A stretch of 57,060 nucleotides of DNA from Candidatus Hodarchaeota archaeon (GTDB lineage Archaea > Asgardarchaeota > Heimdallarchaeia > Hodarchaeales > Hodarchaeaceae), in NCBI GenBank assembly GCA_048887065.1, contig JBHLKC010000002.1:1-57060 (forward strand), written 5' to 3'. Positions 1 through 8,514 of this stretch are shown piece by piece (positions within the stretch are counted from its first letter, which is position 1; each line of letters begins with the position of its first letter). A program made the position numbers and the translations under genes. The notes under the pieces are model-generated. The model was not told the DNA's origin. It saw nothing but the letters and a program-made list of their open reading frames with translations, and ran no database searches.

Positions 1-396
1 GCAGGAAAAGATTCTCATGGAATTTCTGGTGTTCATTCTCATATGACAAACACATTAAACACTCCAATTGAGGCTTTGGAGTTATCATATCCATTAAGAA
101 TTAATGAATACTCTATTCGTGATCATTCTGGAGGAGAAGGGCAAAGAAATGGAGGGAATGGAATAATTCGAGAGATAATTTGTCAAGTTGATTCAGTAGT
201 ATCCCTTCAAACTGAACGAAGAAAAATCACTCCTTATGGGCTTCATGGTGGTAAGAATGGAGTTAAAGGAATAAACATCAAACGAACACCTGATGGTATG
301 GAATCTCTTCTTCCTGGACGAGCAATAGTTAATTTTAAAGCTGGAGATTCGTTGATTATTAAGACTCCAGGTGGTGGAGGATATGGACAGAAATAA
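1..396 (+). CDS. N-methylhydantoinase B / 5-oxoprolinase (HyuB family), C-terminal fragment; the 5' end lies outside the window
   Basis: Frame 1 is open from base 1 (AGKDSHGISGVHSHMTNTLNTPIEALELSYPLRI...PGGGGYG). This matches the conserved C-terminal block of the hydantoinase B/oxoprolinase family. TAA stop at 394-396. Confidence 0.8.
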   Translation, partial: AGKDSHGISGVHSHMTNTLNTPIEALELSYPLRINEYSIRDHSGGEGQRNGGNGIIREIICQVDSVVSLQTERRKITPYGLHGGKNGVKGINIKRTPDGMESLLPGRAIVNFKAGDSLIIKTPGGGGYGQK

Positions 397-410
397 TAAG
401 GCGTGATAGA

Positions 411-1835
411 GTGAAAATCCTAAATTATGCTGATTTAATTGAATTTTCCACTAGCGAAACAAGGAAGAAAGCGAGGCAAGTTTTACTGGACTTTTTTAAG
501 ACAGCCATTGATGCTGTTGATCCTTACAAAATCATATTTAATAATTTATCAGTAGATCGCGAGAATGAAACTTTAACTGTTAATGATGACAATTTTGATA
601 TAAAAAACCGAAAAATTTGGATAATTGGTGCAGGAAAAGCTGTTGGACGCATGGCTGAGGCACTTGAAGCTGTATTAGAAGGTTTAAATATTAGGGGAGC
701 AATTTGTGTCCCTTTAGGTGTTAAACAGGATATATCACTAAAACAGATTGAATGCTTTGAATGCTCTCATCCCCTCCCCTCTAAAACCAATATACAGAAC
801 ACTAAACAAGTCATGGATTTAGTAAAAAAAATAGAAGCTAATGATCTAGTTATCGCTTTAATCAGTGGAGGAGGATCAGCAATATGGTCAGCTCCAATTT
901 TTCCTATAACAGCTGACGACTTAATTTCTTTGAACAAATTGCTTATTAATTCAGGTATGTCGATCCATGAAGTAAATACAGTTAGAAAACACGTTTCTTT
1001 GATCAAAGGTGGGAAATTCTCGGAGATAATCTCTTCAAGCATTATAGTACTTGTATTGTCAGATGTTATAGGTGATAATCTTGAAATAATTGCCTCTGGA
1101 CCTTTCTACCCAGATCCTAGCACTTTTCAAGAGTCAAAAAGTATGTTAATAAAGTATAATCTTTGGGATAAATCCATTCCTTCTTCTGTAAAATTGGTTA
1201 TAGACCAAGGAATTGAGGGAAAAATTTCTGAAGCGTGGAAAATAAGAAATGGAATTTCTAAAAAGGTTCATCATTATATTCTCGGATCGAATGAATTAGC
1301 ATGTGAAGCTGCTTTAAGCCATGCTAAAAAACTAGGATTCAAAACTAAATATGAATCCAGTTTTATTACGGGTGATGCGAGGAAACTTGGAAGATCATAC
1401 GCTCAGAAACATTTAGATTTTATCAAAACACAAAATGATACACTATTTTTGGTTTCTGGTGGAGAACCAACAATAAAAGTAAGAGGATCTGGAATCGGAG
1501 GTAGAAACCAAGAGGTTGCAGGAGCCTATTTACGATTCCTATTGAATTCACGAGAAATAACACATTGTGACTCTGTATTTCTCGCTGTGGGTACTGATGG
1601 AATTGATGGGAATTCTCAATACGCTGGTGTATTAATAGATGAAGATACGTTGGAAAAATCGAACCAGATAAAATCAGAACTAATTACATATCAAAAGAAT
1701 AACGATTTAACGTCTTTTTTCGAATTAATTGGTGGTTCACTTTTATTAACAGGGCCAACAGGTACAAACGTAATGGACTTATACTTAGCGTTAGTGAATA
1801 CCTCGGAAATTCTCCTTTCGAAGTTTTCAGAATAA
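411..1835 (+). CDS. Glycerate 2-kinase / hydroxypyruvate reductase-like protein (DUF4147 + MOFRL)
   Basis: GTG start 14 nt after the upstream stop. The blocks GAGKAVGRMAEALE, LISGGGSA, SGGEPT, GIGGRNQE and GTDGIDG are typical of MOFRL-type glycerate kinases. Confidence 0.8.
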   Translation: MKILNYADLIEFSTSETRKKARQVLLDFFKTAIDAVDPYKIIFNNLSVDRENETLTVNDDNFDIKNRKIWIIGAGKAVGRMAEALEAVLEGLNIRGAICVPLGVKQDISLKQIECFECSHPLPSKTNIQNTKQVMDLVKKIEANDLVIALISGGGSAIWSAPIFPITADDLISLNKLLINSGMSIHEVNTVRKHVSLIKGGKFSEIISSSIIVLVLSDVIGDNLEIIASGPFYPDPSTFQESKSMLIKYNLWDKSIPSSVKLVIDQGIEGKISEAWKIRNGISKKVHHYILGSNELACEAALSHAKKLGFKTKYESSFITGDARKLGRSYAQKHLDFIKTQNDTLFLVSGGEPTIKVRGSGIGGRNQEVAGAYLRFLLNSREITHCDSVFLAVGTDGIDGNSQYAGVLIDEDTLEKSNQIKSELITYQKNNDLTSFFELIGGSLLLTGPTGTNVMDLYLALVNTSEILLSKFSE

Positions 1836-1962
1836 CTATTGCTGGATGAATTTATAATCCAATTTGGGAAACCGAACTCTTTTTAAGAGCTATTAGAATT
1901 AATGTATCGATGATATATCCCAATAATATCTTTAAGAAATTAAATTAAACAAATAATATTTT

Positions 1963-2691
1963 ATGGATTTGATATCTATGGACCTGACAAAAACTGGCCT
2001 ACCTGGTCTTGATAAGCTTCTTGGTGGTGGGATACCCAAAGGTTGGACCAGCATTTTATCTGGAGAACCCGGTGCTGGAAAAACTTGTCTTGCAGTTGGT
2101 TTCATTGTTGAAGGTATAAAAATGGGCGATCCAGGAATATTTTGTTCATTTAATGAATCTAAAAGAGAACTTTATTTAACCCAGAAAGCCTTTGGGTATG
2201 ATTTACAGAAATACGAAGATGAGGGGACATTTAAATTGTTAGATTTTTCTTATGGACGTGCTTTAGGTCAAGGACAGTTAGCATTGCAACAATTCAAATT
2301 AGATCTCCCAGGTTTAACAAAGGAATTGAAAGAGGCTATAAATTCAGTTGATGCTAAACGATTAGTAATCGATCCACTTACAATTATTACTCTTCTTTTT
2401 GATAACATCCGCGAAGTAAGGTATAATTTATTACGATTTTTCGATGTAATTCGTCGATTTGGAGTGACTTCACTTGCCATTGCAGAAAGTAAAGGAATGG
2501 AAAACTTTTCTGTTGAGGAATTTCTAGCTTCTGGAATAATCAGGTTATATAATGAGAGAACAGGGGCAAAAAGACAAAGAGGTATAGAAATTATAAAAAT
2601 GAGGGGAATAAACCACAAGAGAGGTATTTTCCCGTTATCAATTACAAATAAAGGTGTCGTTGTGTCACCAGATGTAGAGATGCCTTCGTAG
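1963..2691 (+). CDS. KaiC/RecA-superfamily ATPase (single KaiC-like domain)
   Basis: GLPGLDKLLGGGIPKG followed by Walker A (SGEPGAGKTCLA), a Walker B-like block (RLVIDPLT) and IIKMRG. 242 aa. Confidence 0.8.
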   Translation: MDLISMDLTKTGLPGLDKLLGGGIPKGWTSILSGEPGAGKTCLAVGFIVEGIKMGDPGIFCSFNESKRELYLTQKAFGYDLQKYEDEGTFKLLDFSYGRALGQGQLALQQFKLDLPGLTKELKEAINSVDAKRLVIDPLTIITLLFDNIREVRYNLLRFFDVIRRFGVTSLAIAESKGMENFSVEEFLASGIIRLYNERTGAKRQRGIEIIKMRGINHKRGIFPLSITNKGVVVSPDVEMPS

Positions 2692-2755
2692 TATGATTCT
2701 TAATTGAAACTTAAAAGAAAACCCTGAAAGAGAAACATTGGATAGTATATCTCAA

Positions 2756-2905
2756 TTATTCCTCTTTAGGTTTTGTTGGGATCTTTCCTTCAAGTTTTGC
2801 ACGAGCATCTTCAATACTGTGGAATCCATCCTCGCTAGTCTTCTTGAGAAGCTCTTTCTTTAGATCTTCGGGAATTTTTTGTTCTTCTTCTGACATTTTA
2901 GACAT
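2756..2905 (-). CDS. Small charged hypothetical protein (49 aa; 46 aa from the second ATG at 2896)
   Basis: Hand-translated ORF below the track cutoff: MSKMSEEEQKIPEDLKKELLKKTSEDGFHSIEDARAKLEGKIPTKPKEE. It lies in the 360-bp gap between the KaiC-like and GIY-YIG genes. I recognised no homology. Confidence 0.3.
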   Translation of the reverse strand: MSKMSEEEQKIPEDLKKELLKKTSEDGFHSIEDARAKLEGKIPTKPKEE

Positions 2906-3050
2906 CTTCTTAATGTATTGTTATTAAATTCAACCATTACCTAAAAATATTTGTATAATATATTAACATAACACAATTTTTTGAAAGGTGAAAAGATATT
3001 TTTGCTATTTTCATTTTCTTGGTTTTTCCAAATAAAAACGATGTGTTTTT

Positions 3051-4148
3051 GTGACTTTCAATCGTTTAAGTATCAAACCAAATTTTCTACTTTTAATTCC
3101 CTCTCAACCAGGGGTTTATCGTTTTTTATCCGACAAAAATGATATTTTATATATCGGAGCTTCATCCAACTTACAAAAACGTATATCGTATCATATATCT
3201 AATCTCAATAAAGTTAAGGAGAAAAAGTATTATGCTTTGAAGCAGTGTTCTAAATTTGTAGAATACCGCTGTTATTCAACAGCTGAAAAAGCTTTTGAGG
3301 CCGAGAGAGTAGAGATTTGGACACAACAGCCTCCATATAATAGGAGGGGGGTTAGAATTGGATCTTTTTCCTACCTTGTTTTTCGCATTTCTCCATTCCC
3401 ACAGATCCTTTGCTTACGTGATACTGAGTACGATAAAATTGATAGTGAAGATGAATTTTATCGTTTTAATTTACCCTCTTTCAAGTTAAAAAATAATATT
3501 AATCTTCTTCGAAAAATAATTCCTCTCTGTATGCCCTCTTCTTCATCAGTATGCTGGGATCATCATTTGAATTTGTGTGAGAATGAATGCCGCGTTGAAA
3601 ATAAAAAAGAGTTGATTAGAGGCTATAAGCAATTTACTTCAATGATTAAAGCAATTTCTGGAGCAAACCAAGAATTATTTTGTAAATGGGAAGATTTAAT
3701 TACGGAATACACAGATGATCTTCGATTTGAAGAAGCTCAAAAGATTTTGAATGCTTTAAATTCCATGAGAAACTTAAGTATAAAATTCTGCGGAAAATGT
3801 TTAATTCGGGAGGTCGATCGAATTTACTTTAATCGTGTTACAGGAAATAGAAGACAGATTCACGTTCTTATTCATTCATTCATGAATCATCAAATGATTT
3901 CAGAAATTGAGGATGAAATTCGTTTTCCCGATAATATCGCCTTTTCTAGCATGATACTAACATATCTTCAGAGTCTTTATTTTTCTTTTAGTTCTGCCCC
4001 TTCTAAAATCCAAATCTATTTACCATTTGAATTTGACATTAGAAAATCTCTTGAAAATTGGTTAAAACGTTACTTTCAACAAGAAATTTCTTTAGAGATA
4101 TTCAGTAAAATGAAATATCAATATGAAAATAATTATATCAGAAGCTAA
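3051..4148 (+). CDS. GIY-YIG nuclease plus UVR-domain protein (UvrC N-terminal half / Cho-like)
   Basis: QPGVYRFLSDKNDILYIGASSNLQKRISYH is a GIY-YIG motif. DDLRFEEAQKILNALNSMRNL resembles the UvrC UVR helix. No RNase H-like or HhH C-terminal half is present. GTG start. Confidence 0.65.
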   Translation: MTFNRLSIKPNFLLLIPSQPGVYRFLSDKNDILYIGASSNLQKRISYHISNLNKVKEKKYYALKQCSKFVEYRCYSTAEKAFEAERVEIWTQQPPYNRRGVRIGSFSYLVFRISPFPQILCLRDTEYDKIDSEDEFYRFNLPSFKLKNNINLLRKIIPLCMPSSSSVCWDHHLNLCENECRVENKKELIRGYKQFTSMIKAISGANQELFCKWEDLITEYTDDLRFEEAQKILNALNSMRNLSIKFCGKCLIREVDRIYFNRVTGNRRQIHVLIHSFMNHQMISEIEDEIRFPDNIAFSSMILTYLQSLYFSFSSAPSKIQIYLPFEFDIRKSLENWLKRYFQQEISLEIFSKMKYQYENNYIRS

Positions 4149-6091
4149 AAGTCAGAGTAGTATTTTCGATAGTATTCTTCGATTGTCTGGGGATCAGGAA
4201 TTCTATATTTTTCCCAAACATGAATAACCTCATTCAATTCTTCCCCAAATTCTTGGCCTTCGAATAGATTTTTGAGAAAATTTGTACGTTCTTTAATATC
4301 TCGTTTTGTAAAATCTATGAACTGTCCAACAGTATAATAACGGAGGCGATTAAATCGTTTTCTATAATCATTCATCCCCCATTTCGTTTCTAACTCTCTT
4401 GGATCAGGAAGTAAAATGCTATCACGATAGACGGGATGTGGAATCCAATTTGAAATTTTCCTATGTTCTCCTAAATCTAATAATTTTTTCGTGTCTTGAA
4501 CAGTAATTTTTTCTCCTTGACCTTGATAAATAATCTCCCCTAATTCATTTCTAAGAATTTTTCCACTATTTGGATCCATCTTAGGAATATGCTCACCTAG
4601 ATCATTAGTAATACGAATTTGGTTTCCCTGAATGTCATGTTCACCAATAGTACCTGCATTTGTAACTAAGAAAACTAATTTGTCATGAAGGCCCAATCCG
4701 AGATCTTTGTACATCTGTAATTTTATTAAGGCTTGATGACACTGTTCACGTGCCATGAAATCGGTAGCTGCATAGGAACGAACACGGGTTCCTGGTTTTT
4801 GTTCAGCTACAGCCGAAGTTATTATTGATTCAACAGCAGAATCGAATGCTGTTGCAAGAACAGGATCAGTAATACGAAACATTGGATCAAGGATATCAAA
4901 ACGTTTCATGGATAGGACTTCTGTTTTCAGATAACGAGGTTTTTCATTTTTTCCCCAATAAGGATTTAATTCAGAGAATAAAAATATAAAACGGCCGTTA
5001 GTTGTCCCAGAACTGTGGTATCGCCTACATAATAATGATCCAGCTTGTTCTCCTTGTTTAACCACAGGTACTTGCACGGTAAATCCATTAATTTTCTTAA
5101 AATGATATTCTACATTTTCGCAATCGATATTTTGAGCTAGAACAACTGGACGATTGCCACTTCCATCAATATCTCGGGATTTCATTAAACCTGGCCATTC
5201 TGGGCAATTTTGATCTAAATCCTGTGATTTAGCATATGAAGCTGCTTCTAATCCTATCAATTGTACTTTTTCGATTTTATTTGTTAAAGGATCTCTGATT
5301 AACTTGCCAACACAGGCATCATCTTGTTCTAGTTCTGGGCCGACGGTCAAGGTTGTTTTTCCTGTACCTGAAAGACCTTTAATAACTCTATCAGAAGTCA
5401 TTCCAGCATGGTAGCTTATATAACCATCAGATTCGGCTTTATTCCAAACCATGGTTAGATGTGGTTTCTTAAATGCTCCTCCAAAATAATCAACTCTCAG
5501 GTTTAAAACTCTACGACGATCTTGATCCATTTCAGTAAAATCATATAGAGTAATGGGTTCTTTAGGATCAAAGGTTGGCCAAAATGTTCGAATTTCATTA
5601 ACATATTTCAAGGGTAGAGTTTCAGGAACAACAAAATTCCAACAATGAATCTTTTGATTTTCTTTCGGGGGAAACACCATTAATTTCCCGAACCAACCAA
5701 TATAAGCAGAATGTGGATTTTTCACACTTATCGTCACACGAAGCCCTATCTCATATCCATGCTCCCCTTGTATCCCATCTTGGACAATTACTGGTACTCC
5801 TTCATCTTTTAAGTAACTTAACACAACTTCAAAGAGTTTTTTTCCTCTTTTTCGGTCAAACGCTTTTTGTCCCTTCCCCAATCGATATCCTCTAGGGACC
5901 ATATAATATGCTCTATCTGGACGTCTTCCTTTTTGAGTTGAAGCAAAGAGATACTGATAGTCCTTTGTAACTACATAGTATGGTTTTAGGAAACTTCGAA
6001 ACCAATTATGATCTGGATTCCGAGTGATGACACTTTCTTGAAGCTGGCAGTTGTACCCAACATTATAAGTAACCTCTGTCACGATTTCCAC
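4145..6091 (-). CDS. pckA: Phosphoenolpyruvate carboxykinase (ATP) family, enlarged and divergent
   Basis: YFGGAFKK, SYHAG, the kinase-1a block GLSGTGKTTL, a DD block (QDDACVG) and EAASYAK are collinear with E. coli PckA motifs (YGGEMKKG, MHCSAN, GLSGTGKTTLS, GDDEHGW, EGGCYAK). Confidence 0.7.
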   Translation of the reverse strand: MEIVTEVTYNVGYNCQLQESVITRNPDHNWFRSFLKPYYVVTKDYQYLFASTQKGRRPDRAYYMVPRGYRLGKGQKAFDRKRGKKLFEVVLSYLKDEGVPVIVQDGIQGEHGYEIGLRVTISVKNPHSAYIGWFGKLMVFPPKENQKIHCWNFVVPETLPLKYVNEIRTFWPTFDPKEPITLYDFTEMDQDRRRVLNLRVDYFGGAFKKPHLTMVWNKAESDGYISYHAGMTSDRVIKGLSGTGKTTLTVGPELEQDDACVGKLIRDPLTNKIEKVQLIGLEAASYAKSQDLDQNCPEWPGLMKSRDIDGSGNRPVVLAQNIDCENVEYHFKKINGFTVQVPVVKQGEQAGSLLCRRYHSSGTTNGRFIFLFSELNPYWGKNEKPRYLKTEVLSMKRFDILDPMFRITDPVLATAFDSAVESIITSAVAEQKPGTRVRSYAATDFMAREQCHQALIKLQMYKDLGLGLHDKLVFLVTNAGTIGEHDIQGNQIRITNDLGEHIPKMDPNSGKILRNELGEIIYQGQGEKITVQDTKKLLDLGEHRKISNWIPHPVYRDSILLPDPRELETKWGMNDYRKRFNRLRYYTVGQFIDFTKRDIKERTNFLKNLFEGQEFGEELNEVIHVWEKYRIPDPQTIEEYYRKYYSDF

Positions 6092-6258
6092 ATTCTATTG
6101 AGCATTATTATAAAAATGTCCGCTTTTAATGGTTCAAGTTCTGGATTGACGACAGTAATGCCGATGATAATTAAGAGTTCTTAAACCAAACTGAAATAAA
6201 TTACAATAAATATGTACAAATTACAAACTGTATGCTTTCCACTTTATGCTTATCATTT

Positions 6259-7002
6259 CTATAATTTTGGATTCACTGAATAATAGACCCTTTCGCGTTT
6301 TTTGCCCTTATTCACAGTTTTTTCAATTAAAATTTTCCCGATCTCTGAAGTATTTTTAATATGAGTGCCTGCACAGGCGGCAAAATCATAATCGTTAATG
6401 GAGACAATTCTAAACTCCTTGACAGATTTGGGAACCATATTAAGGTATTTTATTTGATACTCTTTCTCCTTGAGGAATTCAATAGCTTCATCTCTAGGGA
6501 GGAATGAAATTGACACTGACATATTTCTTGATATTATATCATTTATCTGGATAAAAATATCAGAGAGTTCTTCGACAGAGATTTTGGACAATGGAAAAAG
6601 ATCTAATCTACATGAAGTTGTCTTAAGTTGGTTACTTACTGTTTCTGCTTCGTAATTTAGCTGAAAAAACCGACTTATAACATGTTGTGCAGAATGGGCT
6701 CGCATCTGCTGATACCTTCGATCCCAATCAAGCTCTACGTATACTGTCATCCCCTCCTCCAATCCATCTATGGAATCTAACTCGTGTATCAATTCTCCTT
6801 TTTGTTGTTTTGTATTCGTAACATTAACTGTTTTATCCTTCATTTTTAATTTTCCACGATCACCTAACTGTCCTCCACTTTCTGGATAAAATACAGTTTG
6901 GTCTAGAACCACTCCCTTTGAATTTACACTTACAACAGTCGTTTCGATATTACGATAGTAGCTGTCAGTAAGATATAACCGCTTAGTCAAGATTGACCCC
7001 AT
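6259..7002 (-). CDS. alaX: Alanyl-tRNA editing protein AlaX (AlaX-M type)
   Basis: HSAQHVISR (HxxxH) and CAGTH (CxxxH) zinc motifs of the AlaRS second additional/editing domain. 247 aa. Confidence 0.8.
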   Translation of the reverse strand: MGSILTKRLYLTDSYYRNIETTVVSVNSKGVVLDQTVFYPESGGQLGDRGKLKMKDKTVNVTNTKQQKGELIHELDSIDGLEEGMTVYVELDWDRRYQQMRAHSAQHVISRFFQLNYEAETVSNQLKTTSCRLDLFPLSKISVEELSDIFIQINDIISRNMSVSISFLPRDEAIEFLKEKEYQIKYLNMVPKSVKEFRIVSINDYDFAACAGTHIKNTSEIGKILIEKTVNKGKKRERVYYSVNPKL

Positions 7003-7598
7003 ATTTCTTTTAATTCATTTACAAGCTTTTGTTGAAGTTCATCTGTCATTATTGGTTCCATTTGTACGCCAACAAGTCTGCTCATCTCTTTCAAAATTTC
7101 TATGTTTATAAGAAGACTATATGTTAAGTTTGAAGTCTGAGAAAATGTTTCTAAAGACTTTAAGACTGTGGTATTGTCTTTCATTGGAAATTTTCTTTTT
7201 AACCGAAAAGAAAGTCTCTGCACTACCTTATTTTGGAATGATTCAATTATAGAGCTTATTGCTGTCATAAAATAAATGGATTGATCGTAAATCTTACCTG
7301 CTTTCATTTCCTTATATTGTCTATGAAAACGATTGACTGCTAATTGCTCTTCAAATCCCAGTTCTTCTGCTAATTCTTTGATAAATGAAATGTAGGATGA
7401 TTCGGAGTTTTTAAAATCGTATTTTTTTGCATATGTACAAAACAGTTCTATCATATTGCTGATTACTTCTCCTGACTTAGGAACGTGATACTTCACTGTA
7501 TTGGTGCGATCAATAATCGTATCATTACCCGAATATATTTGTTGTTCTAAATATTTCTGGATGACTAGTTTTTTTGAGATATCTGAAGGTTTATTCAT
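6987..7598 (-). CDS. Hypothetical protein, predicted all-helical
   Basis: Long ORF that overlaps the alaX start by 16 nt, which suggests an operon. No recognisable motif. Confidence 0.5.
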   Translation of the reverse strand: MNKPSDISKKLVIQKYLEQQIYSGNDTIIDRTNTVKYHVPKSGEVISNMIELFCTYAKKYDFKNSESSYISFIKELAEELGFEEQLAVNRFHRQYKEMKAGKIYDQSIYFMTAISSIIESFQNKVVQRLSFRLKRKFPMKDNTTVLKSLETFSQTSNLTYSLLINIEILKEMSRLVGVQMEPIMTDELQQKLVNELKEIWGQS

Positions 7599-7666
7599 TG
7601 TATGAAACCTTTATAATAACTTTGGTGCTTTTTTCTAGTCTAGAATGGATAACGATGGAGAGATGA

Positions 7667-8020
7667 CTAGAAAAATTCATCTAATCGAATGATCTTTCGG
7701 TAATGTTTAATCTTCTGTTCTACAATATTTGCTGCCTCTTGTTCACGTTCCTTCAGTGGACGATCGGGATAATTTTGACGAAGTCTTAACAACTCCTCCA
7801 TATACCAGCTTGCGATCATTTTATCCTCGGGCCGAGGTTCCGTAAATTGATTTGATTGATGTCTTTTTATACGTGATTGGACGTATCTTGAAACAAGCTT
7901 CTCCCTCATTTTTGCAGATTCATGAGGGTGAGCTAATTTAATTTGATCCTCTGCTTCCTGCCACCATTTTGCAAGCATTTTAGGGTTTATTCTTGTCTTA
8001 CGATTTGACATCAATAGCAC
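7667..8020 (-). CDS. Hypothetical basic helical protein
   Basis: 117-aa ORF upstream of, and co-oriented with, the 6987-7598 and alaX genes. No recognisable motif. Confidence 0.45.
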   Translation of the reverse strand: MLLMSNRKTRINPKMLAKWWQEAEDQIKLAHPHESAKMREKLVSRYVQSRIKRHQSNQFTEPRPEDKMIASWYMEELLRLRQNYPDRPLKEREQEAANIVEQKIKHYRKIIRLDEFF

Positions 8021-8514
8021 AATCTAATTTTACAATATAGAGGCTTAGAGAATAACTTTTTCTCTTTCCCCTATTTGAAAAAAAATAATAAAAAAAAGCT
8101 TTTTGATTAACTCTGTATATCGATTGATTTCAGGGGAAAGTTCGAAAATAGAAGGGTATATAAGCAGCCAGACTACCTTTAAGGAAAGATTTAAACATAG
8201 TTCTCTAAACTTTCGTAGATGGAGAGTATGATCCATGTGGGATCACGAAATTAGTACATTCAAGGTTTTTTTATAAAATAAATGACCACAGGACAGTAAT
8301 CTCCGTTTTTCGAATATTTTCATCAGTTTTTCTTCCGAAAAACAAAATGAACCTTTTTTTGGCATTTTTTTCATCGTTATGTATAGTAGGTGATCAGGAT
8401 GGATAGCCAAATTCACTAAAAAACCAAAAAAACTAGATTCTGAACCACAAGACGAAAAAGTGGTTTCGCAGACTCTTTTTGAGTTAGTACAAACTTTACC
8501 CTATATCAGTTTTC

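Noticed and set aside
767-1042. Antisense ORF inside the glycerate kinase gene. Similar antisense or overlapping track ORFs occur at 2268-2618, 5713-5895, 6470-6655, 9402-9821, 13200-13544, 15538-15738, 16871-17080, 17520-17876, 22258-22479, 23604-24598, 25581-25877, 27405-27590, 30096-30302, 31446-32001, 35718-35972, 39783-40110, 44124-44516, 45402-46271, 47458-47967, 48952-49146, 53573-54887 and 56732-56920.
   Set aside because: Each lies wholly within a longer ORF that carries clear family motifs or strong membrane-protein character. Their translations are low-complexity with no recognisable motif, so they are shadow ORFs.
6140-6200. Possible C/D-box sRNA (ccgATGATAa ... aaaCTGAaa) in the pckA/alaX spacer.
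   Set aside because: The C-box match is imperfect (AUGAUA rather than RUGAUGA). Only one box pair is present, about 30 nt apart, and there are no C'/D' boxes or terminal stem.
8045-8374. Track ORF 8045-8236 (minus strand), and a hand-found 43-aa minus-strand ORF at 8243-8374, in the 500-bp region upstream of ileS.
   Set aside because: The first runs through a poly-A/T low-complexity tract (FFIIFFQ). The second has no motif, paralog or conserved upstream element. Neither can be supported from the sequence alone.
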